Assembly: GCA_963788175.1 (NCBI GenBank)
Contig: CAWBFZ010000001.1
Span: 724,804 to 788,803, forward strand
DNA length: 64,000 nt
Reading direction: 5' to 3'
Origin: Thermoanaerobaculia bacterium
GTDB taxonomy: Bacteria > Acidobacteriota > Thermoanaerobaculia > Multivoradales > JAGPDF01
Position 1 is the stretch's first letter; each line of letters opens with the position of its first letter. This document shows, piece by piece, positions 26,184 through 35,990 of the stretch. The translations under genes and the position numbers were made by a program. Below the pieces are notes generated by a model. It was not told the DNA's origin and did no database searches. It saw nothing but the letters and a program-made list of their open reading frames with translations.

Positions 26184-27397
26184 GGAGTCGACTCGACCGG
26201 CAGGGCGCGCGCTTTCGGGCTTGCGCCGGAATTCCTCGGCACCCTCTCGACCAGACGCCGCGGCAGGCGCAGGCCGAAAAGGCAAAGCAGCTGGTAAGGG
26301 ATGGTTCCGACTTCCGCGGCGAGCTCCACTGCCGAGATCGCTTCGGCGCCCTGGCGACCGAGGAGCGTGGCGCGCGTCCCGACTTCGGCGGCAATACCCG
26401 TGACGTCGAGTGCGAGCAGATCCATGCTCACCGAGCCGACCACCGGCACACGCTGGCCCGCGACCAGCACCTCGGCGCGATTGCCCAACCGCCAGGAGTA
26501 TCCGTCGGCGTAACCGACCGGCACGATGCCGATGCGGCTGGGCCGCTCGGCGACCCAGCGGCCGCCGTAGCCGACCCGGGTGCCCACGGGGATCTCTTTC
26601 ACCTGAACGATCTCGGCCTCGACCGACAGCACCGGCTCGAGCTCCGCCGACAGCCGCCCCGCCGAGTCGTAGCCGAAGAGCGCGATCCCCAGCCGCACCC
26701 AGTCGAAGCGCGCCGCCGGCAGATGCAGAGCTCCGGCGCTGTTCGCCAGGTGAACCGTGATCGCCGCCCGTTCCTTCCCGGTGAGGAAAGAAAGGACCTG
26801 TTGAAAGCACTCCTGCTGCCGCGCGTTCGAGTCCGAATCGGGGGTCTCGGCCTCGGCGAGGTGCGACATCACCCCTTCCAGCCGCAGTTCCGGCGAAGAA
26901 CGAAAAAGCTCGAACAGGGAAAAAGCTCCCTTCGAGTCGATGCCGAGTCGCGTCATGCCGGTATCGAACTTGAGGTGCAGCGGCGCAGTCCAACCACACC
27001 CTTTACTGAAGCCTTTTAGAGCCTGCAGGCTCTCCAGGCTGGATATGACCGGAGTGAGCCGGTACCGCTGGAGAACCGGAGCTGCTTCTGGCGGAAGAGG
27101 AGAGAGGACGACAATCTGTGATTCCACACCCGATTCCCGCAGCTCGATCGCCTCTTCGGCGGTGGCGACGGCAAAGCCGGCCAGGCCGCTGTCGCGCTCG
27201 TGGCCTTCGGCCTCGAGCGCCTGGGCGACCGCCACCGCGCCGTGGCCGTAGGCGTCGGCCTTGACGACCGCCAGGATCTTGGCCGGCGCTACGCGCGCGG
27301 CGAGGAGCCGGAAGTTGCGCCGCAGCGCCGCGAGATCGACTTCGACCCAGGCCCGGCGGAGTGTCGGCGCGCCGTGCTGCCTCTCAACCAACGTCAC
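26180..27397 (-). CDS. alr: Alanine racemase
   Basis: 'AVVKADAYGHG', 'DTGMTRLG', 'HLANSAG', 'VGYGG', 'GYADGY', 'VSMD'. Confidence 0.95.
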   Translation of the reverse strand: MTLVERQHGAPTLRRAWVEVDLAALRRNFRLLAARVAPAKILAVVKADAYGHGAVAVAQALEAEGHERDSGLAGFAVATAEEAIELRESGVESQIVVLSPLPPEAAPVLQRYRLTPVISSLESLQALKGFSKGCGWTAPLHLKFDTGMTRLGIDSKGAFSLFELFRSSPELRLEGVMSHLAEAETPDSDSNARQQECFQQVLSFLTGKERAAITVHLANSAGALHLPAARFDWVRLGIALFGYDSAGRLSAELEPVLSVEAEIVQVKEIPVGTRVGYGGRWVAERPSRIGIVPVGYADGYSWRLGNRAEVLVAGQRVPVVGSVSMDLLALDVTGIAAEVGTRATLLGRQGAEAISAVELAAEVGTIPYQLLCLFGLRLPRRLVERVPRNSGASPKARALPVESTP

Positions 27398-28739
27398 TCC
27401 CGGCGTGGCTCGGATCGTAGCTGTGAAAACGCGTCGTCTCGCCCTTGAAGACGAGGTTGACGGTGGCGGTCTCGCCGTTGCGGTGCTTGGCGATGATCAG
27501 CTCGGCGAGACCGCGCAGCGAGGGGTCCTCCTTGTTGTAGATCTCGTCGCGGTAGATGAACGCCACCAGGTCCGCGTCCTGCTCGATCGAGCCCGATTCC
27601 CTGAGGTCCGAGAGCACCGGCCGGTGGTCGCCGCCGCGCTTCTCCGAGGCGCGCGAGAGCTGCGACAACAGGATGATCGGGATGTCGAGCTCCTTGGCGA
27701 GCTGCTTGAACGACCGGGTGATCGCCGAGATCTCGAGGTTGCGGTTCTCGAACCGTCCCCCCGCCTGCATGAGCTGCAGGTAGTCGACGACCAGCACCTC
27801 CAGACCCTTCTCGGCCTTCAGCCGCCGCGCCTTGGAGGCGACCTCGAGGAGGGTGGGCGCGGCCGAATCGTCGATGAACATCGGCGCCTTGCCGATCTCG
27901 GCCATCTTCTGCACGACCTTCACCCACTGCTGCTGCGACAGGTGCCCCGAACGGATGCGCGAGAAGTGGATGTCGGCTTCGGCACAGAGGATGCGCAGCG
28001 CGAGCTCCTGCTGCCCCATCTCGAGGGAGAAGATCCCCACCGTCTTCTTCTCGCGGATCGCGACGTGTGAGGCGACGTTGAGCGCGAAGCTGGTCTTTCC
28101 CATGCCCGGGCGGCCGCCGATGATGATCAACGTCCCCTTGCCCAGGCCGTGGGTCAACTTGTCGTAGTCGACGAAACCGGACGGCACGCCAGTGAGGGCG
28201 GAGCCCGGGTTCTCCTCGAGCATCTCGAGGGTCTCTTCGATGATGCGGTCGAACGGCACGAAGCCCCGCCGGACCGCCTCTTCGCCGAGCGCCATGACCG
28301 CCGACTCGGCGCGGTCGAGCGCCTTCTGCGCGTCGACGCCGCCGTCGAGGCAGTCACGAGTGATGTCGCGACAGACATCGATCAGCCGCCGCCGGACCGA
28401 GCGCTCCTTGACGATCTCGACGTAGTGCTCGAAGCGCCCGAGGTCCGGGAGGTCGACGTCGAGGCCGGCGAGGTAGGCGAGGCCGCCGGCACTCTCGAGC
28501 GCCGCTTTCTGCTCGAGCTTTGCCTGCACGGTGCGCAGATCGATCGAGACCTGGCTCTCCTGCAGGTCGAGCATCGTGGCGTAGATCAGGCGGTGGCGCT
28601 CGGCGTGGAAATCCTCCGCCTTGAGCCGCCCGGAGACCGACGGCAGCAGACGCGGGTCGAGCAGCACCGCCGCCAGCACGGCGCGCTCGGACTCCTCGCT
28701 CTGCGGCATCGACTTCGGGTGTTTGAGGACTTCGAGCAT
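27384..28739 (-). CDS. dnaB: Replicative DNA helicase
   Basis: 'GRPGMGKT', 'FSLEM', 'DYLQLM', 'LSQLSR', 'LSDLRESGSIEQDAD', 'KHRNG'. No intein. Confidence 0.97.
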   Translation of the reverse strand: MLEVLKHPKSMPQSEESERAVLAAVLLDPRLLPSVSGRLKAEDFHAERHRLIYATMLDLQESQVSIDLRTVQAKLEQKAALESAGGLAYLAGLDVDLPDLGRFEHYVEIVKERSVRRRLIDVCRDITRDCLDGGVDAQKALDRAESAVMALGEEAVRRGFVPFDRIIEETLEMLEENPGSALTGVPSGFVDYDKLTHGLGKGTLIIIGGRPGMGKTSFALNVASHVAIREKKTVGIFSLEMGQQELALRILCAEADIHFSRIRSGHLSQQQWVKVVQKMAEIGKAPMFIDDSAAPTLLEVASKARRLKAEKGLEVLVVDYLQLMQAGGRFENRNLEISAITRSFKQLAKELDIPIILLSQLSRASEKRGGDHRPVLSDLRESGSIEQDADLVAFIYRDEIYNKEDPSLRGLAELIIAKHRNGETATVNLVFKGETTRFHSYDPSHAGSDVG

Positions 28740-28820
28740 GGACAGGGCTATCCTAGCCGAAGAGGAGCCCCGGCGAAGCCGGCCGTCACCGGCTCGCCAG
28801 GGGCGCGGGCGGCGAGCCGC

Positions 28821-29303
28821 CTAAGGCAGCGGCACGCTGGTGTTGTAAGCGTCCGCCAGGCACTTCCACTTGCCGTCCACCTTCTTCCAGACCTCCAGGT
28901 ACTTGCCCTTGTCGGTCACCGTCTTGCCGTCGGGACCGGTGAAGGTCAGGGTGTAGAAGCCGCTGGTGTAACCCAGCTCGCCGCTCGCCGCCACCTGGGC
29001 GCGCTCGGCCTCCCAGAAGATCCTGGCGTCGGGCAGCTGCATGAGACCGTTCCACGAGGCGCGGATCGCTTCCTTGGTCCGCGCCACCGGCTCGTTGGGC
29101 GCCAGCGTCTCGCCGTCGTCGGCCATGAAGGCCACCGTGGCATCGAGATCCTTGCGGCCGGCCGCCTCCGCCCAGGCCTTGTCCAGAGCCTTTAGCGCCG
29201 CCTCCTCGGCCGCCCGGTCGACCTTGGCCCCCTCCGCCACCGCCAGTCCCGTTCCGGCCACCAGGCAGACCCCCGCCAGCGCCAACATCCGTCGCATGTT
29301 CAT
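28821..29303 (-). CDS. Secreted NTF2-like (DUF4440/YybH) protein
   Basis: Signal peptide; 'ASGELGYTSG', 'GKYLEVWKK..GKWK'. Confidence 0.85.
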   Translation of the reverse strand: MNMRRMLALAGVCLVAGTGLAVAEGAKVDRAAEEAALKALDKAWAEAAGRKDLDATVAFMADDGETLAPNEPVARTKEAIRASWNGLMQLPDARIFWEAERAQVAASGELGYTSGFYTLTFTGPDGKTVTDKGKYLEVWKKVDGKWKCLADAYNTSVPLP

Positions 29304-29395
29304 CGCATCTCCCCCATGGTTGAAGCGCGCAACCTACCACGCCTGTGACCCCGCCCCCCGTCGTCCGAGCCTGCCGCTCTGTGACCCCTTTCCCG

Positions 29396-30151
29396 TCAGG
29401 GATTGACGGGCGTGCGCTCGAGAAAGGCGCGCAGGCGGGCCTCGCTGCCGGAGCGGAATTCGACGTAGCGCAGGCCGATGCCTTCGAGCTTGCCTTGCCC
29501 GCCCGCGGCATGGCGCACGACCACAGCGGACCCGAACACGGCTTCGCGCTCTTCCGGCAGCATGAGTTGAAAGCTCATCGTCGAGCCGAGGGGATAGCGC
29601 GCATCGCTGCGCACGAACATTCCCGTGGCCGAAAGGTCGACGGTCTGACAGAACTCCTGGCGGTCGCCGTCGCTGATCCGGGCCTGGAGACGGACCATGA
29701 CCCGCGAAGCGACCCGGGGCGCCACCTGCAGCAGCCGGGCGGCGAACTCGCTCAGAAACTCGCCGGTCCGTTCCGTGGCGAGCGCGGCGTCGGCGCCCTC
29801 GCCGACCAGCCTCTGGGCCTGGAACAGCCGCGCCTCGTCCGCCAGAAGCAGGACCTGGCAGCCGGCGCTCGGTGACCCGGGGACTCTCACCGCCGCGAGC
29901 AGGTCGGTGACGTCGATATCGGGCAGCGGATAGCGCACCAGAACCAGATCGAAGGCGATGGCTCCGCAGAGGACGCGGCCGCTGTCGCCGCGCGGCACCT
30001 TGTCGACCTCGAAGTAGGAGCGATTGAGCAGCGCCTCGATCCGGCCGTAGACCTCCGGCTCCATGCCCACCGCCAGGATGCGGCGCAGGACCCGGGCCGG
30101 CGGCTCCGCGCCGGCCCCCCGCGTTGCGCCGACCTCTTCGCTCTCGTCCAT
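29396..30151 (-). CDS. Receiver-like domain plus PilZ domain protein
   Basis: PilZ motifs RxxxR ('RVASR') and 'DLSATGM'; N-terminal 'FDLVLVRYPLPD' resembles a receiver lacking the phospho-Asp. Confidence 0.8.
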   Translation of the reverse strand: MDESEEVGATRGAGAEPPARVLRRILAVGMEPEVYGRIEALLNRSYFEVDKVPRGDSGRVLCGAIAFDLVLVRYPLPDIDVTDLLAAVRVPGSPSAGCQVLLLADEARLFQAQRLVGEGADAALATERTGEFLSEFAARLLQVAPRVASRVMVRLQARISDGDRQEFCQTVDLSATGMFVRSDARYPLGSTMSFQLMLPEEREAVFGSAVVVRHAAGGQGKLEGIGLRYVEFRSGSEARLRAFLERTPVNP

Positions 30152-30277
30152 CGATCGGCCTTCCCCTCCCTCTCCCTGCCCGGCAACGCTACAGGAATGG
30201 GGTCTCGCGCGGAGATCGCGATCCTCGAGGTCGAAGGCGGGCACTCCCCTTGGGGCAAGCCGGGCTGAGAAGGCGCC

Positions 30278-31774
30278 TCAGGGCGCGGTCGCGCTCCAGA
30301 GCAGCGTATCCGCCGACTCGAAACCGTCGGCGAAGAGTGCCGAGGAGCCCGCGAGCCGCAGGAGCGCGCCGCCGCCCATGCGCAGAATCTGCTCCGCCAG
30401 CAGCGGGTCGAGGTAACCCGGCAGGTCGTTCACCGTGTGGTAGTTCGGATTGGACGGATAGTCCGCCTCGATCGCCAGCACGGCCGGGCGACGTTGATTC
30501 ACCGGCAGTTGCAGAAACGGCGCATGGTCCGAGCAACAGACGCCGTACTCCATGACGATGCCCAGGGTCGTGAAGTCGGCGGCGGCGTCCGCGAAGTGGT
30601 CGAGCCAGGTCTGCGCGAACGACTCGGTCTCCAGGATGCAGTCGAGCGGGAGGCCCGCCGTGAAGGCGATCATGTCGAGCACGTAGACGCCCTGGACCCG
30701 CGCGAGGTCGCCCGCGGCGATGAGGTCCGCGACGTAGTCCTCGCTGCCGTAGAGCCCCTGCTCCTCACCCGAGAAGCAGACGAAGATCATGGTCGCGTCC
30801 GGCGGGTGCGCCGCGAACAGGCGCGCCAGCTCGAGCGTCCCGGCGCAGCCCGAGGCGTTGTCGTCGGCGCCCGGGGCCGCGGTCGCGGGGTTGGCCGACG
30901 TCGAATCGTAGTGTCCGCCGACGACGTACCACTCATCCGGCCGGAGCGTGCCGGGCAGGGTCGCGATCACGTTGTAGGCAAAAGCTCCCGGATAGCTGTT
31001 CGGCGGCACCCAGAACTCCGCGGTGGTCACCGAGAAGCCCTCGAGTGCCGCAAACTGCGCCACCAGCCAGTCGCGCGCCGAAAGGACCTGCGCGCCACGG
31101 GTCCAGCGATTCCACGCCGCGAGAGTGGAGACGTCGGCGAACCAGCGGTCACGGTCGATCTCCGCGAGCATCGCGACGATCTGCGGGTCGGTCAACGCCT
31201 CGCCCGCGCCGTTCTTCCGTGGCGACCAGCGCCTGGCGAGCACCCGGTCGGGCTCGAAGGGGAAGAGCGCCGGCCCGGCCCGGCCCGCGCGCGGCCCATC
31301 CGGCGGACTCGCGGCGCTCCGGAGCTCTTCGAGGAGGGCGGGAGAGAGAGCTGACGCGAGCTCCAGGACGACCCAGCGCCCGCCGCGAGCGAGCACGCGA
31401 CCGAGCGCCGCGGCAGAAAGGTCGGGCGTCGCCTTCAGGAAGGCGAGGCGAGCGGGATCGACCCCGGGGAAGCTCTCGCCACCGGGGGCGCCGGCGGCGA
31501 TCGCAGCGGCGCCTAGTTCGACGGCGGAGAGCCCGCCGCCGCGCGAGCAGAGCAGGAGATCGCGGTCGGCCTCGACCCAGTAGTCGACGCCGGCCAGGGT
31601 GCGCAGGCGCTCGGCCGGGGCCGCTTCCCCCGAATGGATGGGTACGACCACGCACTCGTCGAGGGCAGAGGTGGCCGCTTGCCCGGGAACGGCGCAGGCG
31701 ACGCCGAGCAGCGAAAAGGCGAGCACCCGAGCGGGGAACAGCCGGAGCGACTGGCGGGACGGTTCATCGCGCAT
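30278..31774 (-). CDS. Secreted M28 family metallopeptidase
   Basis: 'GGHYDS', 'GADDNASG', 'GEEQGL', 'LDMI', 'SDH', 'YHT..D'; C-terminal 'LFADGFES' tail. Confidence 0.9.
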   Translation of the reverse strand: MRDEPSRQSLRLFPARVLAFSLLGVACAVPGQAATSALDECVVVPIHSGEAAPAERLRTLAGVDYWVEADRDLLLCSRGGGLSAVELGAAAIAAGAPGGESFPGVDPARLAFLKATPDLSAAALGRVLARGGRWVVLELASALSPALLEELRSAASPPDGPRAGRAGPALFPFEPDRVLARRWSPRKNGAGEALTDPQIVAMLAEIDRDRWFADVSTLAAWNRWTRGAQVLSARDWLVAQFAALEGFSVTTAEFWVPPNSYPGAFAYNVIATLPGTLRPDEWYVVGGHYDSTSANPATAAPGADDNASGCAGTLELARLFAAHPPDATMIFVCFSGEEQGLYGSEDYVADLIAAGDLARVQGVYVLDMIAFTAGLPLDCILETESFAQTWLDHFADAAADFTTLGIVMEYGVCCSDHAPFLQLPVNQRRPAVLAIEADYPSNPNYHTVNDLPGYLDPLLAEQILRMGGGALLRLAGSSALFADGFESADTLLWSATAP

Positions 31775-31839
31775 GGGCGCACCGTAACTCCCCCACCCCC
31801 TCCTCCGCCCCGTCCCGCCGGGCGGGCTCGACCAAGGGG

Positions 31840-32535
31840 CTACTTCAGGGTGAGGAGAATCTCGGGAAAGAGGCCGTCGTCCTCCGCCTTGTAGCCGCAC
31901 GACTCCTTGACCAGGATGCGGATCGTCTGTCCGGGCTTCACCTTGAGGTCGGCATAGTCGATCGTCCCCTGCGCGACCGTGCCGGCGATCGGCATCTGCG
32001 CCGAAGCCTTGCTGCCCGGGAAGCCCATGGAATCGACGACGGTCTCCCTGTCGTAGGCGTCAGAACCCTTGTAGCGCTCGAGGTTGACGGCGGCCCAGTG
32101 CCTCTTCACCTTGGCCTTCGACGAGCCGCCGACGCAGGCGGAGGCGCCGTCGGTATAGTCCGCGCAAGCCTGCAGCTCCGCCGTGAACTCGAAGCCCCGC
32201 GCCTTGACGGTACCGACCTCGGCGCCGGTCTGCACGTTGTTATCGGTATCGAAGTACAGCTCCACCGCCGAGCTCGCGAAGACGCCGGGGGCATCCTTGA
32301 GCGTCGCAGTCATCGTGAGCGTCTTGCCGTCGCTCACCAGCGCGAGCTTGACCACGTCGAATCCGGGGTATTCGGCGTCGGTGCTCGTGATCGGCGTCGC
32401 ATCGCCGACCGCGTCGGCGAGCTCGATGCTCCCGGCCGCCTTCCGGACCTCCGCACCGGCGGGCAACGCCGTCACTGCCGTCGCCACGGCCACGCAGAAC
32501 AGTGTTGCGCGCAATCTTGGACCGCGATCGAACAT
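31840..32535 (-). CDS. Secreted hypothetical protein
   Basis: Intact ORF with strong RBS (GAGGGAGG), signal peptide, beta-rich sequence with a 'YFDTDNN..TG' loop. Confidence 0.7.
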   Translation of the reverse strand: MFDRGPRLRATLFCVAVATAVTALPAGAEVRKAAGSIELADAVGDATPITSTDAEYPGFDVVKLALVSDGKTLTMTATLKDAPGVFASSAVELYFDTDNNVQTGAEVGTVKARGFEFTAELQACADYTDGASACVGGSSKAKVKRHWAAVNLERYKGSDAYDRETVVDSMGFPGSKASAQMPIAGTVAQGTIDYADLKVKPGQTIRILVKESCGYKAEDDGLFPEILLTLK

Positions 32536-32615
32536 GGCTCTCCTCCCTCGAACTCGATGGTAGCCTCTTCGCGTTGCGGGTGGAACACCCCCGACCCGAC
32601 CGCAGTGGAGCCCCG

Positions 32616-33659
32616 ATGAGCCTGCCCCGCGAATTCGCCAGCGACAACACCGCGCCCGTTCATCCCGCGGTGCTCGAAGCCCTCGCCGCCGCCAACCAGG
32701 GTCCGAGTCACGCCTACGGCAGGGATCCCTGGACCGCGCGCGCGATCGAATGGTTCCGGCAGCAGTTCGGTCCCGAAACCGAGGTCTTCCCGGTCTGGAA
32801 CGGCACCGGCGCCAACGTGGTGTCGCTGCGCGCGCTCACCCGGCCCTGGCAGGCGGTCGTCTGCACAGCGCAGGCCCACATCCAGGTGGACGAATGCGGC
32901 GCCCCCGAGCTGCTCACCGGGTGCAAACTCATCGACGTCCCGACGCCCGACGGCAAGCTCACCCCGGCGATGCTCCGCGAGTCGATGAAGGGCATCGGCG
33001 ACTTTCATCACGTGCAGCCGGCAGTGGTGTCGCTCACCCAGGTGACCGAGTACGGCACGGTCTACACGCGCGACGAGCTCCTCGCCCTCTGCGCCACGGC
33101 GCACGAGCTGGGTCTTCGGGTGCACATGGACGGCGCCAGGATCGCCAACGCGGCCGCCTCTCTCGGGCTGCCGCTGCGGGCGATCACCCGGGACGTCGGC
33201 GTCGACATGCTCTCTTTCGGCGCCACCAAGAACGGCGCCATGGGAGCGGAGGCCGTCGTCGTCTTCGATCCGGCCCTCGCCGGTCCGATGCTCTTCCTGC
33301 GCAAGCAGTCGATGCAGCTCTCCTCCAAGATGCGCTACGTCGCGGCGCAGTTCCTCGCCCTCGCCGAGGGCGACCTCTGGCTCGCCAATGCCCGCCACTC
33401 GAACGCGATGGCCCGGCGCCTCGCGGCGGGAGTGCGCGGCATTCCCGGCATCTCGATCACCCAGGAGGTTCAGGGGAGCGCCGTCTTCGCCATCCTGCCG
33501 CGCGCCGTGACCGAGCGGCTGCAGCAGGAGTTCCACTTCTACTTCTGGAACGAGGCGCTCCTCGAGGTCCGCTGGATGACCAGCTGGGCGACGAGCGCAG
33601 CCGACGTCGACGAGTTTCTCGCGGCGATCCGCGCGGCGATGGCCGGGGTGGCGGGATGA
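32616..33659 (+). CDS. ltaE: Low-specificity L-threonine aldolase
   Basis: 'FASDN', 'NGTGAN', 'HMDGARIANA', 'SFGATKNG' (PLP lysine). Confidence 0.88.
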   Translation: MSLPREFASDNTAPVHPAVLEALAAANQGPSHAYGRDPWTARAIEWFRQQFGPETEVFPVWNGTGANVVSLRALTRPWQAVVCTAQAHIQVDECGAPELLTGCKLIDVPTPDGKLTPAMLRESMKGIGDFHHVQPAVVSLTQVTEYGTVYTRDELLALCATAHELGLRVHMDGARIANAAASLGLPLRAITRDVGVDMLSFGATKNGAMGAEAVVVFDPALAGPMLFLRKQSMQLSSKMRYVAAQFLALAEGDLWLANARHSNAMARRLAAGVRGIPGISITQEVQGSAVFAILPRAVTERLQQEFHFYFWNEALLEVRWMTSWATSAADVDEFLAAIRAAMAGVAG

Positions 33660-33702
33660 CCTCCCCCCACCGCCGACAACGGCCCGGGAGGCCACTTCCG
33701 AT

Positions 33703-35922
33703 GTGCTAGCGTTTTCGATCTTGCGGATCGCACTCTTTTTCTTCTTCATCTCCTCCGGCTTCTGCAGCCTCGTCTACCAGGTGGTCTGGCTGCGGCTGGG
33801 CATGGCGAGCTTCGGTGTCAACACCGCGATCGTCTCGATCCTCCTCTCGGTCTTCATGGCGGGCCTGGCCGCCGGCAGTTGGGGCGCCGGGGCGTGGCTG
33901 CGGCGCTCAGGCAAGAGCCCAGCCGCGGCGCTGCGCGCGTACGCCGGCGCTGAGCTCTGGATCGGCCTGTCGGCCTGGATCGTGCCATCGGGGCTCGAAG
34001 CAGGCGGACGCTGGCTCGGGCTTCTCGGCGCCGGCTGGGCGTCGGCAGCTCATTTCACTCTCGCCGGCGCCTGGCTGACCGTCGTCCTGCTGCCGTTCTG
34101 TGTCGCGATGGGCGCCACGATCCCGCTGGCGATGCGGGCGGTCGAGCAGAGCCCGGCCGCCGGCCTCCCCCGCGCGCCCCGCAGATCCTTCAGCTATCTC
34201 TACGCCGCCAATGTCGCCGGCGCGGCGATCGGGACGCTGGTCTCGGCTTTCGTTCTGATCGAGCTCCTCGGATTCAGGGGCACGCTCGCCTTCGCGGCGG
34301 GCCTCAATCTTCTCGTCGCGGCGTGCGCAGCCGCCCTCAGCCGGCGTCCCGCCTTGTCGACTGCCGTCGCAGCCGAAGGCGATCGACCCGGCAGCGGCGA
34401 CGGCTCGCGCCCGCTTCTGGGCGCCCTGTTCTCCACCGGCCTGGTCAGCATGGCCGCCGAAGTCGTCTGGGTGCGGCAGTTCACGCCGTTTCTGAGCACC
34501 ATGGTCTACGCCTTCGCCGCCCTGCTCGCGGTCTATCTCGTCGCCACCTTCTGCGGCAGTCTCTTCTACCGCGCCCTCGACGCGCAGCGGTTGCCGAGGT
34601 GGGAACGCTGGATCTGGATCGCCCTGCCGGTGTTGGCGGTACTCCCGCTGGCAGCCGCCGACCCGCGCGTGACCTTTGGAGCCGGCGGAGCGACTTCCAG
34701 CCTCTTCAGCTTCGACGCCATCGCCCGCCTCCTCCTCGGCATCGCGCCGTTCAGCGCCGCTACCGGTTTCGTCACCCCGCTGCTCGTGGATCGCTACTCC
34801 GGAGGCCGCCCGCGCGCGGCCGGTTTCGCTTACGCCGTCAACGTCCTCGGCTGCATTCTCGGCCCGCTGCTCGCCGGCTTCGTGCTCCTGCCGCTCCTCG
34901 GCGAGCGCTGGGCGCTCGCCCTGCTGGCGCTGCCACTGCTGGCGAGCGCCACGGTGCTCTATCGCCAGTGGCTGCCCGCGACAGCGACGGTGGCGACATC
35001 GGCGCTCATCCTCCTGACTGCCTTGGCGACGCGCGGCTTCGAGTCGACCCTGCCCGGGGCGACGGTGCTGCACGACTCGACCGCCACCGTGGCCGCGGCC
35101 GGTTCGGGGATGCAGAAGCGGCTGCTCGTCAACGGTGTCGGCATGACGCACCTCACGCCGATCACCAAGATGATGGCGCACCTGCCGCTCGCCTTTCGCG
35201 CCGCGCCGCCGACCCACGGCACGCTGGTCATCTGCCTGGGCATGGGCACGACGCTGCGCTCCGCGCTGTCGTGGCAGGCGCCCGCGACGGCGGTCGAGCT
35301 GATTCCCAGCGTCGTCGCGCTGGCGCCCTACTTTCACGCCGATGCGCGCCAGCTGTTCTCCTCGCCGCGGGCGCGGATCGTCGTCGACGACGGCCGGCGC
35401 TTCCTGGCACGCTCGGCCGACCTCTATGACGTGATCGTCATCGATCCGCCGCCGCCGGTCTACGCGGCGGGATCGAGTCTGCTCTATTCAGTGGAGTTCT
35501 ACGCCACGGCACGACAGCGTCTGGCGGAGCGCGGCATCCTGCAGCAGTGGATCCCGGCCGGCGACCGCCGGCTCATGTCCGCCGTCGTCGCTGCGGTGGC
35601 CGGGAATTTCCGCCATGTCCGGTTGTTCGGATCGATCGAGGGCTGGGGGCTCCACATTCTCGCCAGCCAGGAGCCCATCGAGCCGCTGACGGCCGAAGAG
35701 CTCGCGGCCCGGCTGCCGCCGGCGGCCGTGGCCGACCTCCTGGAGTGGGGCCCGGCAGCGACGGCTGCCGAGCAGTTCCGGCCCGTTCTCGCCCGGGAGA
35801 TCGCGCTCGAGAGCCTCGCCGGAGCCGAGGCCGTCCCGCTGCGCGACGACCGGCCGGTGAACGAATACTTCTTCCTGCGCATGCGCAGCAGCCGCGCCGC
35901 TGCCGGCGCCGGCGAGCACTGA
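33703..35922 (+). CDS. Fused multi-TM/spermidine synthase-like protein
   Basis: About 12 TM helices ('SGFCSLVYQVVW', 'LYAANVAGA'), then SAM-fold 'LVICLGMGTT', 'VELIPSV', 'DDGRRFL', 'YDVIVIDPPPP'. Confidence 0.85.
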   Translation: MLAFSILRIALFFFFISSGFCSLVYQVVWLRLGMASFGVNTAIVSILLSVFMAGLAAGSWGAGAWLRRSGKSPAAALRAYAGAELWIGLSAWIVPSGLEAGGRWLGLLGAGWASAAHFTLAGAWLTVVLLPFCVAMGATIPLAMRAVEQSPAAGLPRAPRRSFSYLYAANVAGAAIGTLVSAFVLIELLGFRGTLAFAAGLNLLVAACAAALSRRPALSTAVAAEGDRPGSGDGSRPLLGALFSTGLVSMAAEVVWVRQFTPFLSTMVYAFAALLAVYLVATFCGSLFYRALDAQRLPRWERWIWIALPVLAVLPLAAADPRVTFGAGGATSSLFSFDAIARLLLGIAPFSAATGFVTPLLVDRYSGGRPRAAGFAYAVNVLGCILGPLLAGFVLLPLLGERWALALLALPLLASATVLYRQWLPATATVATSALILLTALATRGFESTLPGATVLHDSTATVAAAGSGMQKRLLVNGVGMTHLTPITKMMAHLPLAFRAAPPTHGTLVICLGMGTTLRSALSWQAPATAVELIPSVVALAPYFHADARQLFSSPRARIVVDDGRRFLARSADLYDVIVIDPPPPVYAAGSSLLYSVEFYATARQRLAERGILQQWIPAGDRRLMSAVVAAVAGNFRHVRLFGSIEGWGLHILASQEPIEPLTAEELAARLPPAAVADLLEWGPAATAAEQFRPVLAREIALESLAGAEAVPLRDDRPVNEYFFLRMRSSRAAAGAGEH

Positions 35923-35990
35923 ACCTCTTCGCGCCCTACCTCCGAATCCTCCGCCGCAGATATCGCGCCGGACTTCCGCGGCGCTGGCCT

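Noticed and set aside
33703-35922. speA plus spermidine-synthase-like gene as a polyamine cluster
   Set aside because: They are 27 kb apart, and the fused membrane protein family is not established to make spermidine.
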